Shown piece by piece: positions 29,878 to 39,100 of a stretch of 64,000 nucleotides of DNA. Both the position numbers and the translations under genes were made by a program. Below the pieces are notes generated by a model that worked only from the letters and a program-made list of their open reading frames with translations, was not told where the DNA came from and searched no databases. Position 1 is the stretch's first letter, and every line of letters begins with the position of its first letter. This stretch comes from Polyangiales bacterium (GTDB taxonomy: Bacteria > Myxococcota_A > Polyangia > Polyangiales > Ga0077539). The stretch lies in the NCBI GenBank assembly GCA_044229975.1, contig JBGARZ010000015.1, forward strand, positions 1-64,000. The letters are read 5' to 3'.

Positions 29878-30285
29878 GTGCCCGTCGTGGTGAGCAACAA
29901 GCGCTGGCTCGTGGGCGTGCTGTGTCTCGGGGGAGTCGCCTGCTCGGCGGCGCCCGCGAGAATCTCGGGGCGCTGGGTGATGTTGACGGGCAACGCGCCC
30001 ATCGCGGTGGGGCAGTCCGATCTGCCCGAAGGCGGAGGCCCCCTGCGGCTGGTGCCAGGCTCGCCCGCGGCCGGGGCGTGCTTCGGCGCAGAGGAGTTCG
30101 TGCAGATGTTCGGGCCGGTGTGCCCGCACGAGCCCGAGCAGGGTCCGCCCGGCTCCGACGTCGACGTGCGCTGGTATTGCCAGGGGCAGCTCGCCGTGCG
30201 CGTGCGCCTCGAACGGTGCCCCACCGCGGGACGTCTGCGGGTCGCCGAGCTCGCCGTCGCGACGGCGCCGATCCCCGACCGTTGA
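29878..30285 (+). CDS. Putative lipoprotein
   Basis: GVAC lipobox; operon position. Confidence 0.6.
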   Translation: MPVVVSNKRWLVGVLCLGGVACSAAPARISGRWVMLTGNAPIAVGQSDLPEGGGPLRLVPGSPAAGACFGAEEFVQMFGPVCPHEPEQGPPGSDVDVRWYCQGQLAVRVRLERCPTAGRLRVAELAVATAPIPDR

Positions 30286-30336
30286 CCTCGGCGCCCACTG
30301 CCCAACACTCGTGACGCGCGGAGGCGACGCACAACG

Positions 30337-30963
30337 ATGTCCTACGAAACCGACCTGACCGATCCTGTTCGCCCGCCGCGTGGCCCGCGCATCGTCGAGG
30401 GCGTGCTCGCCGCGCTGCTCGCCATGTCGCTCGTCGGCAACGTGGTGCTCTATCGCCGCCCGGCGCGCGTCATCGAGCGTCCCGCGCCGCCGGTGGCGGT
30501 GGTTCCGCCGATGGCGCCGACGTGCCCCGAGTGCCCGGCGTGCGCGGTGTGCCCGCCGCCTCCGCCGCCGTGTCCGACCGTGGCCGCGACCACGGGCACT
30601 GGCACCGGGCACGGTCCGCCGCCGCCGCGCGAAGACCTCGCGCTGGCCCAACAGGGAGAAGGGCACATCGCGACGGCGGCCGAGCACGGCGAGCGCGACC
30701 CGGTGCACCGCGCCGCCCAGCGCAACGTGGTGACGGGCCTCGACAACATCGTCGCGTCGCGCAGCGCGCCCGCGGCCGAGCGCTTTCTCCAGCGCACGCT
30801 GCCGTCGGTCGCCAGCATGGACTGCGCGTTTCGCGACCCCGCGATGGCCGAGCACGTCCGCATGCAGCTCCGCCCGCTCAACGCCGTCGCACGGCCGCAG
30901 GCGCGGCTGTCCGAGGCCGACCTCGTACGCTACGAGAGGGACCTTCGATGCCCACGCGAATGA
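30337..30963 (+). CDS. Hypothetical membrane-anchored Pro/Cys-rich protein
   Basis: Single TM helix, CPECPAC; GGAGG upstream. Confidence 0.65.
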   Translation: MSYETDLTDPVRPPRGPRIVEGVLAALLAMSLVGNVVLYRRPARVIERPAPPVAVVPPMAPTCPECPACAVCPPPPPPCPTVAATTGTGTGHGPPPPREDLALAQQGEGHIATAAEHGERDPVHRAAQRNVVTGLDNIVASRSAPAAERFLQRTLPSVASMDCAFRDPAMAEHVRMQLRPLNAVARPQARLSEADLVRYERDLRCPRE

Positions 30964-31424
30964 AGTCCGCGCTGCTCCTGGGATTGGGCCTCGCGGTTCT
31001 GGTGAGCTGCGCGCACCGCCCGCCGCCGCCTCCGCCGCCGTGTCAGGGCGACGCGTGTCGGCAGTGGCCTCACGTCGAGCTGCGCTTCTGGCGCAACCAG
31101 GGTCCGCCGCAGGGTCGCCGGTACACGGGCGCGCTCTGCGTGCAGGTGTCCTTCGACTGCCCCGAGGAGGGTCGCCACCAGGTGTGGATCGAGCCCCAGG
31201 CGCCGCGCTGCACCACCTTCGTCAACGCCGAAGGGGCGCCCGAGTGGCTGCGCGTGGAGAATGGTCGGTTGTCCATCCCGTGGCCCGCGCGGTGCCGCGG
31301 ATCGCGCGTGGAGATGTACGTGACGGCGCAGCCCAACTTCGCGACGTGCAGCGCGGTCAACGGGCAGCTCCTCACGGCCGAGCGGTCGACGCTCGGGGCC
31401 GACCTCACCTTCCAGTGCCGCTGA
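30960..31424 (+). CDS. Putative lipoprotein
   Basis: MKSALLLGLGLAVLVSC; ATGA overlap with the upstream gene. Confidence 0.7.
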   Translation: MKSALLLGLGLAVLVSCAHRPPPPPPPCQGDACRQWPHVELRFWRNQGPPQGRRYTGALCVQVSFDCPEEGRHQVWIEPQAPRCTTFVNAEGAPEWLRVENGRLSIPWPARCRGSRVEMYVTAQPNFATCSAVNGQLLTAERSTLGADLTFQCR

Positions 31425-31427
31425 CGC

Positions 31428-32843
31428 CTATGGCGTAGGCGGGCGCGGCGTCAGCGTGATGCGTCCGGGCTCGATGATGGTGCCGTCGAGGCGCCGCGGG
31501 ACGAGCTCCAGGCTGGTCATGGTGGCGTGGACGTGGAGGGCGCTCACGACGCTCTCGAAGTAGGCCGACCAGGGCTGCTGGGTGCGACCGGCGAGCGTCT
31601 CCAGGGTGGCGCCCGCGCCCGCGGCCACGACGTAGCGGGTGCCACGACGGCCCGCCTGCACCTCGCGGCCTTCACCATCGAGCTCGCGGCTCATCTCGAA
31701 GTCGTGCTCGTGGCCGTTGAGCACGAGGTCGACGCCGAACTCCTCGTAGATCCGGGGCCACGCCGCGCGCACGGCGAGGGTGTCTTCGTCGGTGGTGTGG
31801 TTGGCCGACGCGAAGGCCGGCTTGTGGTGCGTCGCGATGATGAAGGGAACCCGCGTCCGGTTGGCGCGCGCCCGCGTGAGGTCGGCGCGGAGCCACGCCT
31901 GCTGCGTCCCGAAGGTGTCGCCGGTGAAGTCACCGCGCAGCGGCGAGTCGTTGAGCACGACGATGTGCACCGGCCCGTAGTCGAAGGAGAAGTAGAGCTC
32001 GTCCTGGGTGGGGTTCCCCGTCTGGGGCTGCGCGAACTGCATCAGGTAGTTGAGCGCGAGGCCCTCGTGGTTGCCGTGAACGGACACGAAGGGCATCACG
32101 GACATGGTGCTGCGCGCGCCGTCGAACCACGCCTGCCAGAGGCTCTGGACGAAGCCCACCAGCACGGCGTCGCCGGTGAAGAGCTCGAAGTCCGGCGGGC
32201 TCATTCCGCCGACGACGCGCTCCTGCACCTGGCGCCAGAGGTTGGCGTCGTCGCGTGAGTCACCCGTGACGACGAAGTTCACGTCGTAGTCGGTGCGGCC
32301 CGGCGCGGGCGCCGTCTTGAAGTGTTGAACGGCGCTCCAGTGGCCTTCGCCGCCGACGCGGTAGTGGTACGTGGTGTCCGGGGAGAGACCGCAGACGTGA
32401 ACCTCGTGGGCGGTCACCTTGCTGCCCACGGCGCCGCCGGTGTTGACGCTGCCGGTCGCGGTGCGATCGAGGGCGGCGGGGTTGGTTCCGTATTGGACGA
32501 CGGTCGCGCGGGTGCCGACGTCGGTGACCCAGACGAAGGCCGCGACGGTGGCCGGGTCGGCGGGCCACGAGACGTGGACGCTGCGGGGCTCGGGCATCGC
32601 GCCGAAGGTCGTGCGGTCGTCGCGGTAGTGGTCGGTGGTCGCGAGCGGCGCGGAGACCTGATGGGCGCACCCCTCGGGCGTGTACGTGAACGCCATCGCA
32701 GGCACGTCGGCGCCGAGCGCCATGGACCCGGCGTCGACGGAGGCGTCGGTGGCGGGGCTCGTCGCGGGCGCGTCGTCGCAGGCGCCGAGGCAACCGAGCG
32801 TCATCAACAGCGGAAGCGGAAACCGGACAAACGTCTGTGCCAT
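31428..32843 (-). CDS. Purple acid phosphatase-like metallophosphoesterase lipoprotein with FN3 domain
   Basis: GLSPDTTYHYRVG, GDSR, TGD, GNHE, HH.P, GHEH. Confidence 0.88.
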   Translation of the reverse strand: MAQTFVRFPLPLLMTLGCLGACDDAPATSPATDASVDAGSMALGADVPAMAFTYTPEGCAHQVSAPLATTDHYRDDRTTFGAMPEPRSVHVSWPADPATVAAFVWVTDVGTRATVVQYGTNPAALDRTATGSVNTGGAVGSKVTAHEVHVCGLSPDTTYHYRVGGEGHWSAVQHFKTAPAPGRTDYDVNFVVTGDSRDDANLWRQVQERVVGGMSPPDFELFTGDAVLVGFVQSLWQAWFDGARSTMSVMPFVSVHGNHEGLALNYLMQFAQPQTGNPTQDELYFSFDYGPVHIVVLNDSPLRGDFTGDTFGTQQAWLRADLTRARANRTRVPFIIATHHKPAFASANHTTDEDTLAVRAAWPRIYEEFGVDLVLNGHEHDFEMSRELDGEGREVQAGRRGTRYVVAAGAGATLETLAGRTQQPWSAYFESVVSALHVHATMTSLELVPRRLDGTIIEPGRITLTPRPPTP

Positions 32844-32971
32844 TCGTGTGACGGACGTGTATCACGAGAGGCGGTTTGCGATGGGCGTGGCGCTCTTTCT
32901 TCGGGCGACCTGCGATAGCATCGCGGCCCATGGGAACCGCACGCAGAAGGCCATCGGGCCGGACTGCCCTC

Positions 32972-34552
32972 ATGGCGCGCGCGCTCGTCGGCGTGTTGCT
33001 CGTGAGCGTGTCCGGCGAGGCGTATCACCTGGAGGACTCGCTCCGCGGAGGGACCACCGTCGGTCACCCGGTGGGCGGATCGTTCGCGGCCGATGGGTGG
33101 CACGTCACCGACCGCACCGATCGTGTGTGGTACGCGCTGCCGCGGCTCACGTCGGGGTCCGTGGAGTTCACGGTCAACAACCTGTCGAACGCGACGGTGG
33201 GCGACGGCGAGGCCGAGATGTTCGCGATGTACGAGGCGGGCTACGGCATCACCGAGCCGGTGCGCTACGCCCCCGAGTTTCGCGAGAACAACTACAAGTG
33301 CATGCTGCGCATCTACGGCGGATTGGAGGGCGACCGCGTCGGGCAGCAGAAGCTCATGTGGGGCATGTGCCCGGGCGGCGCGCCCGGCTACACGAGCTGC
33401 GCGTGCGGGACGTCGTTCTTCGAGGAGCCCTTTGGTGGCAGCGGTACGTGGAGCGGCGGGCCGGAGCGCATCCGCATCGAGTGGGGTTCGGGGCGCACGC
33501 GGTATCTCCGCAACGGCAGTGAGGTGCTCGCCATCGACTGGTCGCGCTCGGGGCTGACCTTCGGCCCGTCGGAGCTGCACATGTCCCTCGGCACCTCGCG
33601 ACCGAGCGCCGTCGACTACGCCGTGTTGCCTGTCGGCGTGGTCTTCTCCGACCTCGTCGTCGACGGCACCGAAGGGGCGCTCGCGGTGTGTCCGGGGTCG
33701 GTGGTCCCTGATGCGGGAGTGGCTCCGACGGACGCGGGCATGATCGTGTCGGGCTCGGTGGTGGAGGTTCACGCGGTGGAGGACGTCACCGTCGAACCGG
33801 GCAACCCGACGACGGTCTACAGCGACGTGCGCGACCTCGCGGTGGGCCACGCGGACGCGGAGTTCTATGTGAAGTTCAGGGTGGGCGAGCTGCCGGGGCG
33901 CATCGTGAGCGCGCAGCTCATCCTCAACAGCGCGACGGACCGATCGGCCGAAGGCACGGGCGCCAGCGTCTTCGCGGCGGGCCACAGCGCGTGGTCGGAG
34001 ACGACGCTCGTCTACCGCGACCGGCCGGGTTCGCGCGGCGCACGGCTCGCGCGCGTCGACGGGGTCTCGGCCAACGAGCGGTACACGTTCAACCTCCCGG
34101 CGGGCACGGTGCCGAGCCCGGGGGTCTATGCCTTCGCGGTGTTGCCCGAGACGACGGACTCCAACTCGGTGCACTTCGACGCTCGCGAGGTGTCGCCGAC
34201 GCGCGGGCCCGTGTTGCGGTTGACCATCGACCGCACGCTGCCGCCGTTGATGGACGCTGGCGTGGCACCGCCCGACGTCGTGACGGTGGTGGATGTCGCG
34301 AGCGCGAGCGACGCGGGTGTCGTGGCATCGGACCTCGGGACGCGTATCGACGTCGTGAGCGCGACGGATGCGGGTGTGCGGAGCGACGTGGTTACCGCGG
34401 TGGATGCGGGTGTGGCTCAGGACGACGGCCTCGTGGAGACGTCGGATCTCGATGGAGGCTGCGGGTGCCGCGCGTCGGGTCGTCGGGTGGGCGGCGGCTC
34501 GCTGGCGCTGCTGGCGCTGGTCGGGCTGCGACGCAGGCGACGGCGCGGCTAA
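32972..34552 (+). CDS. Surface protein with DNRLRE/CBM96-like domain and MYXO-CTERM sorting tail
   Basis: Signal peptide, YVKF...SA.L.L...WSETT..Y..RP, C-terminal GGCGCR...LALLALVGLRRRRRR. Confidence 0.8.
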   Translation: MARALVGVLLVSVSGEAYHLEDSLRGGTTVGHPVGGSFAADGWHVTDRTDRVWYALPRLTSGSVEFTVNNLSNATVGDGEAEMFAMYEAGYGITEPVRYAPEFRENNYKCMLRIYGGLEGDRVGQQKLMWGMCPGGAPGYTSCACGTSFFEEPFGGSGTWSGGPERIRIEWGSGRTRYLRNGSEVLAIDWSRSGLTFGPSELHMSLGTSRPSAVDYAVLPVGVVFSDLVVDGTEGALAVCPGSVVPDAGVAPTDAGMIVSGSVVEVHAVEDVTVEPGNPTTVYSDVRDLAVGHADAEFYVKFRVGELPGRIVSAQLILNSATDRSAEGTGASVFAAGHSAWSETTLVYRDRPGSRGARLARVDGVSANERYTFNLPAGTVPSPGVYAFAVLPETTDSNSVHFDAREVSPTRGPVLRLTIDRTLPPLMDAGVAPPDVVTVVDVASASDAGVVASDLGTRIDVVSATDAGVRSDVVTAVDAGVAQDDGLVETSDLDGGCGCRASGRRVGGGSLALLALVGLRRRRRRG

Positions 34553-34565
34553 CCCGTAACCCCCT

Positions 34566-35177
34566 CTACCGCATCCGCCGCGATCGCTCCCGCTTCACCG
34601 CCGGGTCGCCTTCGTCCTCACGCTCCGTCCGGCGCCGCTCCGCTGTCGTCGTCCGCAACGCCCGCCGCCACGCCCACTGCCGCCACGCGACGTCCACCAC
34701 ACCCAGCGCCAGCACCGTCCCGCCCAGTCGCCACACGAAGCCCCACCCCGGCGCCGCGCCGTCCCACGCGCTCACGCCCACGGCCAACAGCACCGCTCCG
34801 TAGGCCACCGCCATCGTCGCCGTCGCCCACCCGCCCGGCTCTCCCGACGGGCCCTCTGCGTCCGCCGACCGCCACGCGCCGCGCGTCTGCGCCACCGTCA
34901 CCGCCGTCGCCGCCACCACCGCCGCGCCCAACGTCACCCCCAACGGAACCACCACCCGCGCCGCGACGCTCGACGCCGCTCGCCACGGTTCGACGTCCGC
35001 TCTCGCAGTCAGCGTGAGCATCTCGCGCATCGCGCTCCGCAGCGCGGCGCTCAGCGTCGGCAGCGTCGCGAGCACGGCCACCGCCGTCGCTCCGAACACC
35101 GCCACGCCCGACAGCGGCGATCGCCCCTCGCGGAGCGCGCGGTCGAGCTCGCGCGCGGTCGGTGGCTGCGTCGTCAC
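34566..35177 (-). CDS. Short FlhB/YscU-like membrane protein lacking the NPTH cytoplasmic domain (copy A)
   Basis: T.PPT.R.L.RA.REG N-terminus and LR.T..E.R...E.EGDP.VKR C-terminus. Confidence 0.7.
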   Translation of the reverse strand: MTTQPPTARELDRALREGRSPLSGVAVFGATAVAVLATLPTLSAALRSAMREMLTLTARADVEPWRAASSVAARVVVPLGVTLGAAVVAATAVTVAQTRGAWRSADAEGPSGEPGGWATATMAVAYGAVLLAVGVSAWDGAAPGWGFVWRLGGTVLALGVVDVAWRQWAWRRALRTTTAERRRTEREDEGDPAVKRERSRRMR

Positions 35178-35196
35178 GGCGAGCGATTATAGACGC

Positions 35197-35571
35197 TCAC
35201 TCCGCAGGAACGAGCGCGACCTCGAACATCACCGGCCAGAGCTTCCCCGTCAGGAGAAGGCGTCGCGTCGAGGGCTCGTAGGCGATGCCGTTGAGCACCG
35301 CTTCGGGCTCGGTGAGACCCAGCGAGACTCGTGAGAAGGGCAGCACGATCCAGGCGACGACGCGGCCCGTGGCCGGGTCGATTCGCGCGATGCGGTCGCT
35401 GTGCCAGACGTTGGCGAAGACCTCGCCCTCCACCATCTCCAGCTCGTTGAGCTGGTCGATGGGGTTGCCCCGCCAGGTCACCCGGACGCGTCGTCGCTTG
35501 ACGAAGGTGTCGGGGTCGAGGAAGCGCAGGGTGTCCGTCCCGTCGCTGTGGCGGCGTCGAGCACGCGCACC
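35197..35571 (-). pseudogene. Glutaminyl-peptide cyclotransferase, 3' remnant with internal deletion (copy A)
   Basis: SDGTD...LNELE...ANVW...VLNGIAY...TGKLWP; relative to the intact copy, 49994-50195 is missing and the 5' end is absent. Confidence 0.88.
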
Positions 35572-35966
35572 AACCAGCGGTCGCACCGACCTCGCGCTCT
35601 CGCCCGACCTCATCGTCCTGCCGTACAACCTCTTCGTCCCGATGATGCTGCACCGCCTGCTCCGGGGAGATCAGCGCCGTCGGCACAGAGGGCCCTTCGA
35701 TGAGGGCGGGCGCAGCTCCCGACGCACGTCGCCGACCACGCGCACTTCGCAACCGGAGCGTCTGGTCCACTCGAGCGGAGTCGGGCCCGCGAGGGTGCCC
35801 CGTTGAACCTCCTGTCGGCCTCGACATCGCCGGTCGCGATCGTCTCGGCGCGGGGATCGCCGCCATGGCGGCGGGGGTGGCGGCGGGGTGGCGGCGGGCC
35901 GGCGACGGGCCATGCAATCGGAGCGTGACGCCCTGGTTCCCCGGTGATTTTCGGCGGTGTGAGGGC

Positions 35967-35982
35967 TGGCATCGCGCTCGCT
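35967..35982 (+). promoter_or_regulatory. Possible sigma-54 -24/-12 promoter of the transposase
   Basis: TGGCATCGCGCTCGCT has GG-N10-GC spacing, 16 bp before the ATG. Confidence 0.35.
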
Positions 35983-35998
35983 CAGGGCCGCGGCGCTC

Positions 35999-37585
35999 AT
36001 GGCCACCGCCGCCACCAATTCGGGCGAGTACGTGCGCCACGACCCGACGCAGACCACGCTGCACGCGCTCGTCGCAAAGCACCTCAAGACCTTCCTCGCG
36101 TTCGCCGAGGAACGCTCGGGACGCGCGCTGCCGCGGTACGTCGTCGAGGAGTTCCACGGGTACCTCCGCTGCGGGGTGCTGGCCCACGGCTTCGGGAGGG
36201 CGCGATGCAGCGGGTGCGGCCACGACATCCTGGTGGCGTTCTCGTGCAAGCTGCGCGGCGTGTGCCCGTCGTGCGGCGGGAGGCGCATGTGCCAGACCGC
36301 GGCGACGGTGTGCGATCGGGTGCTGCCGAACGTGCCGCTGCGGCAGTGGGTGCTGAGCGTCCCGTACGAGCTGCGGAGGGTGCTTGCGGCCGACGCGGCG
36401 ATGCTGACGCGGACGTCGCGGGTGTTCTTCGAGGAGCTGCGCCGCTGGTACCGCGAGGCGAGCGGCCTCGCGCGGAGCGACGTGCTGAAGGTCGAGGCGG
36501 GGGCGATCACCTTCGTGCATCGGGGCGGCGGTTCGCTCAACGCTCATGTGCACCTTCATGTCATCGCTGCGGACGGCGTCTGGCGCTGTGCGACCGACGG
36601 CTCGACGCCGATCTTCGTCGCGACGCGGCCGCCGACGAAGGGCGACCTGGAGGGGGTTCTCGCGCGGGTGGCGGAGCGGGTGGCGAAGGCGATGGAGCGG
36701 GCGGGCGGCGGTGACGGTGACCGCGCGAGGAACGAAGCGCTCGAAGGGTGTCGGCGAGCGGCCAGTGCACGCGGCGAGTATGGCGTGGTGCGCGACGGAC
36801 GGGTGCCGGAGGCAGGCGAGGCCGCGGGCGAGGCGGTCGATGAGGCGCGCTTCGGACGACGGCCTCCGAAGGCGCAGGTGGGCGCGCTGGAGGGGTTCAA
36901 CCTGCACGCGAGCGTGGTGATCGGCGCGACGGACCACGAAGGGCGCGAGCGGCTGCTGCGCTACGTGGCAAGGCCCACGGTGGCGTCCGGGAGGGTGAGC
37001 GAGCTCGCGGATGGGCGCGTGGCGTGGCGGCTGAAGGTGTCCGGCGGGCGCGGGGAGACCCATCGGATCATGGAGCCGATGGAGTTCATGGCTCGCTTGA
37101 GCGCGCTGGTGCCTCCGCCGAGGTTTCCATTGGTGCGGTACCATGGTGTATTCGCACCGAATTCTCCCTGGCGCGTCGCGGTAGTTCCGCTGCGGTCGGC
37201 GTGCGCGGGGGTGAAGGTGAAAGCATGCGCGACTTCGGCGGCGCGTACACGCGAGGGGACGGACGCGACGGAGACGTCTACGACCGCGACCGCGACCGCG
37301 ACGACGGCCCGCGGCGAAGCGAAGGGCGACGACGGGTGGATGTGGACGCCGGACGGCGCCGCGCCGCCAGCGGCAGTACGCACCTCCGGGAGAATGGACT
37401 GGGCCACGCTGATGCACCGCGTGTGGGGCTGGGACGTGCTCGGGTGCCCGCGGTGTGAAGGGCGGTTGCAGTTCATCGCCGTCATCACGCAGCGCGCCGT
37501 GATCGAGCGGATCCTGACGCATGTCGGGCTCTCCGCCGCGCGGATCGTTGCGGCGCCGGCACGGCACTTCGACGACACGAGCTGA
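35999..37585 (+). CDS. IS91/ISCR-family rolling-circle (HUH) transposase, intact
   Basis: Zn-binding CG...C..CG...FSCK.RG.CPSC, RQWVLS.P, HUH in NAHVHLHV, GF.LHA, LLRYVARP, VRYHGVFAP, CP.C.G. Confidence 0.95.
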   Translation: MATAATNSGEYVRHDPTQTTLHALVAKHLKTFLAFAEERSGRALPRYVVEEFHGYLRCGVLAHGFGRARCSGCGHDILVAFSCKLRGVCPSCGGRRMCQTAATVCDRVLPNVPLRQWVLSVPYELRRVLAADAAMLTRTSRVFFEELRRWYREASGLARSDVLKVEAGAITFVHRGGGSLNAHVHLHVIAADGVWRCATDGSTPIFVATRPPTKGDLEGVLARVAERVAKAMERAGGGDGDRARNEALEGCRRAASARGEYGVVRDGRVPEAGEAAGEAVDEARFGRRPPKAQVGALEGFNLHASVVIGATDHEGRERLLRYVARPTVASGRVSELADGRVAWRLKVSGGRGETHRIMEPMEFMARLSALVPPPRFPLVRYHGVFAPNSPWRVAVVPLRSACAGVKVKACATSAARTREGTDATETSTTATATATTARGEAKGDDGWMWTPDGAAPPAAVRTSGRMDWATLMHRVWGWDVLGCPRCEGRLQFIAVITQRAVIERILTHVGLSAARIVAAPARHFDDTS

Positions 37586-37692
37586 CGCGAGGGTGGGCAC
37601 CACGGAAGACAACGGCGACAGCAGGCGAACGGCTGACGACGTGAGGCCGCGGCTTGTCTCGAGGGCACGGAGCGAGGGCCGTTGGATTCGCT

Positions 37693-37872
37693 CATCCAGC
37701 GTCCGATCCCTCCTCTCTGTGACCACAATAGCGTGCAGGTACAGTAGGTTACAGAATCAATATTACACGCAACAGTAAAATGTAGGCGCACGGTCTGCAC
37801 CGCGGCGACGTCTGGTTGGGCCGACCGACGGGGTGCTCCTCAAGCCCACGCGGCATTGGACGCCCTATCCAC
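37693..37872 (+). repeat. 180-bp module, copy 1 (oriIS-like right end)
   Basis: catccagcgtccgat...gcattggacgccctatccac; identical to copy 2 by eye; ends 287 bp after the transposase stop. Confidence 0.95.
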
Positions 37873-38145
37873 AAAGATCGTCCAGCGCAGCTTCATGAAT
37901 GCTCCTCTCGAAACGTTTTCGCGGTTTGGGAGACGCTCCAGGTCCAGCTTAACAACAATCCTCTTCTGGCCCGGTGCCGCCCAGCAAGATGTCGAGACGA
38001 CCACTTCGTCCGTTTATTCACGCTCGTCTGCAGGCGGCGAAGGCGCTCGGCCCCACGCTCCCCGGCCACCCGGGTGTCCCCCGCGCGGGGCCGTCTCGGC
38101 GAGCTTCCAGCGCCCTCGGCCGAGGAGCATCAGAGAGGTCCATCC

Positions 38146-38871
38146 CTACCCGACCGTCCGCTCGAGGCGAATTTCGACCTCGCGCTCGACGAACGTCCAC
38201 TCCTCTCGCGAGCGCAACATGCCGACGAGGTCGTCGAAGGCGCCGCGATGCTCCGGGGCCATCTCGAACCACGTGAGAAAGTCGAACGGCTCCCCAAGGT
38301 CCCTTGAATGGTAAAGTCTTCGGGCAATGCGAGGCAGGTAGGCCATGCTGTCGGCGATGTGGTGGGAACGTGCCTCGAAGATGGCGCGACGCTCGTCCTG
38401 CGGGAGCGCCCACCAAGCAGGGGACTTGCGTATCGGAATGAGCACCGCGAGCGTTGCCTCCGGCCTCGCGAGGGGTGGACTCTGGGAGTCCAGGCGCGCC
38501 TTCTCGCTTCGCTCGACGTACCTGGCATGGCTCGTGACTCCGCGAAGAGCCCACGAGTCATTGCCCTGAGCCGGCGTCTCCGCGAGGCCAGCGAGCACAG
38601 CCACCCGGCTCACCGCGGACAGCGCATCCCCGCGAATCGCAGACATACCTGTCACGCGCCACGGCCCCTCCCTGCCTCCTGTGAAGGTCGCTTGGACTAC
38701 TCCTGGTCGGGTCATTCTCTTCGCCTCTTGAGCTCGGGGTGATGGTGGCGACTGGGGAGGTTCCGCCCCAGCTCCCTTGGCGTTCACGTGGCAGCCGGCC
38801 TCGAGGGCGGCGAGGGTGCAGCTCGCGCCCGCGAGCATGAACGTGCGTCTCGTTGTTCGATGTGCCTTCAT
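38146..38871 (-). CDS. cld: Chlorite dismutase family protein (short type)
   Basis: LIPIRKS.AWW.L.QDERR, HI...YL..IARRLYHSRDL.EPFDFLTWFE. Confidence 0.85.
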   Translation of the reverse strand: MKAHRTTRRTFMLAGASCTLAALEAGCHVNAKGAGAEPPQSPPSPRAQEAKRMTRPGVVQATFTGGREGPWRVTGMSAIRGDALSAVSRVAVLAGLAETPAQGNDSWALRGVTSHARYVERSEKARLDSQSPPLARPEATLAVLIPIRKSPAWWALPQDERRAIFEARSHHIADSMAYLPRIARRLYHSRDLGEPFDFLTWFEMAPEHRGAFDDLVGMLRSREEWTFVEREVEIRLERTVG

Positions 38872-38884
38872 TTTCCGCGCCTCG

Positions 38885-39100
38885 TTAAGGCAACACGCAT
38901 TTTCCGCTGATACACTTCGCTCCCCTTGGGCAGGCCTTTCCGCATCCGCCGCAGTTTCCAGGGTCCGTCATTTTGTCGATGCACTTACCCCCGCTAGAAG
39001 CAAACGAACAGAAACTTTTCGGTGCATCACACGTCTGGCACCGATAGGCCCCGTCGGGTCGCTTGAAGCACTTTTGGGGCGACTCGCACGACATACCGCA
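38885..39100 (-). pseudogene. 3' fragment of a Cys-rich repeat protein gene
   Basis: ...CIDKMTDPGNCGGCGKACPRGAKCISGKCVLP*; 5' part replaced by the 54-bp repeat. Confidence 0.7.
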
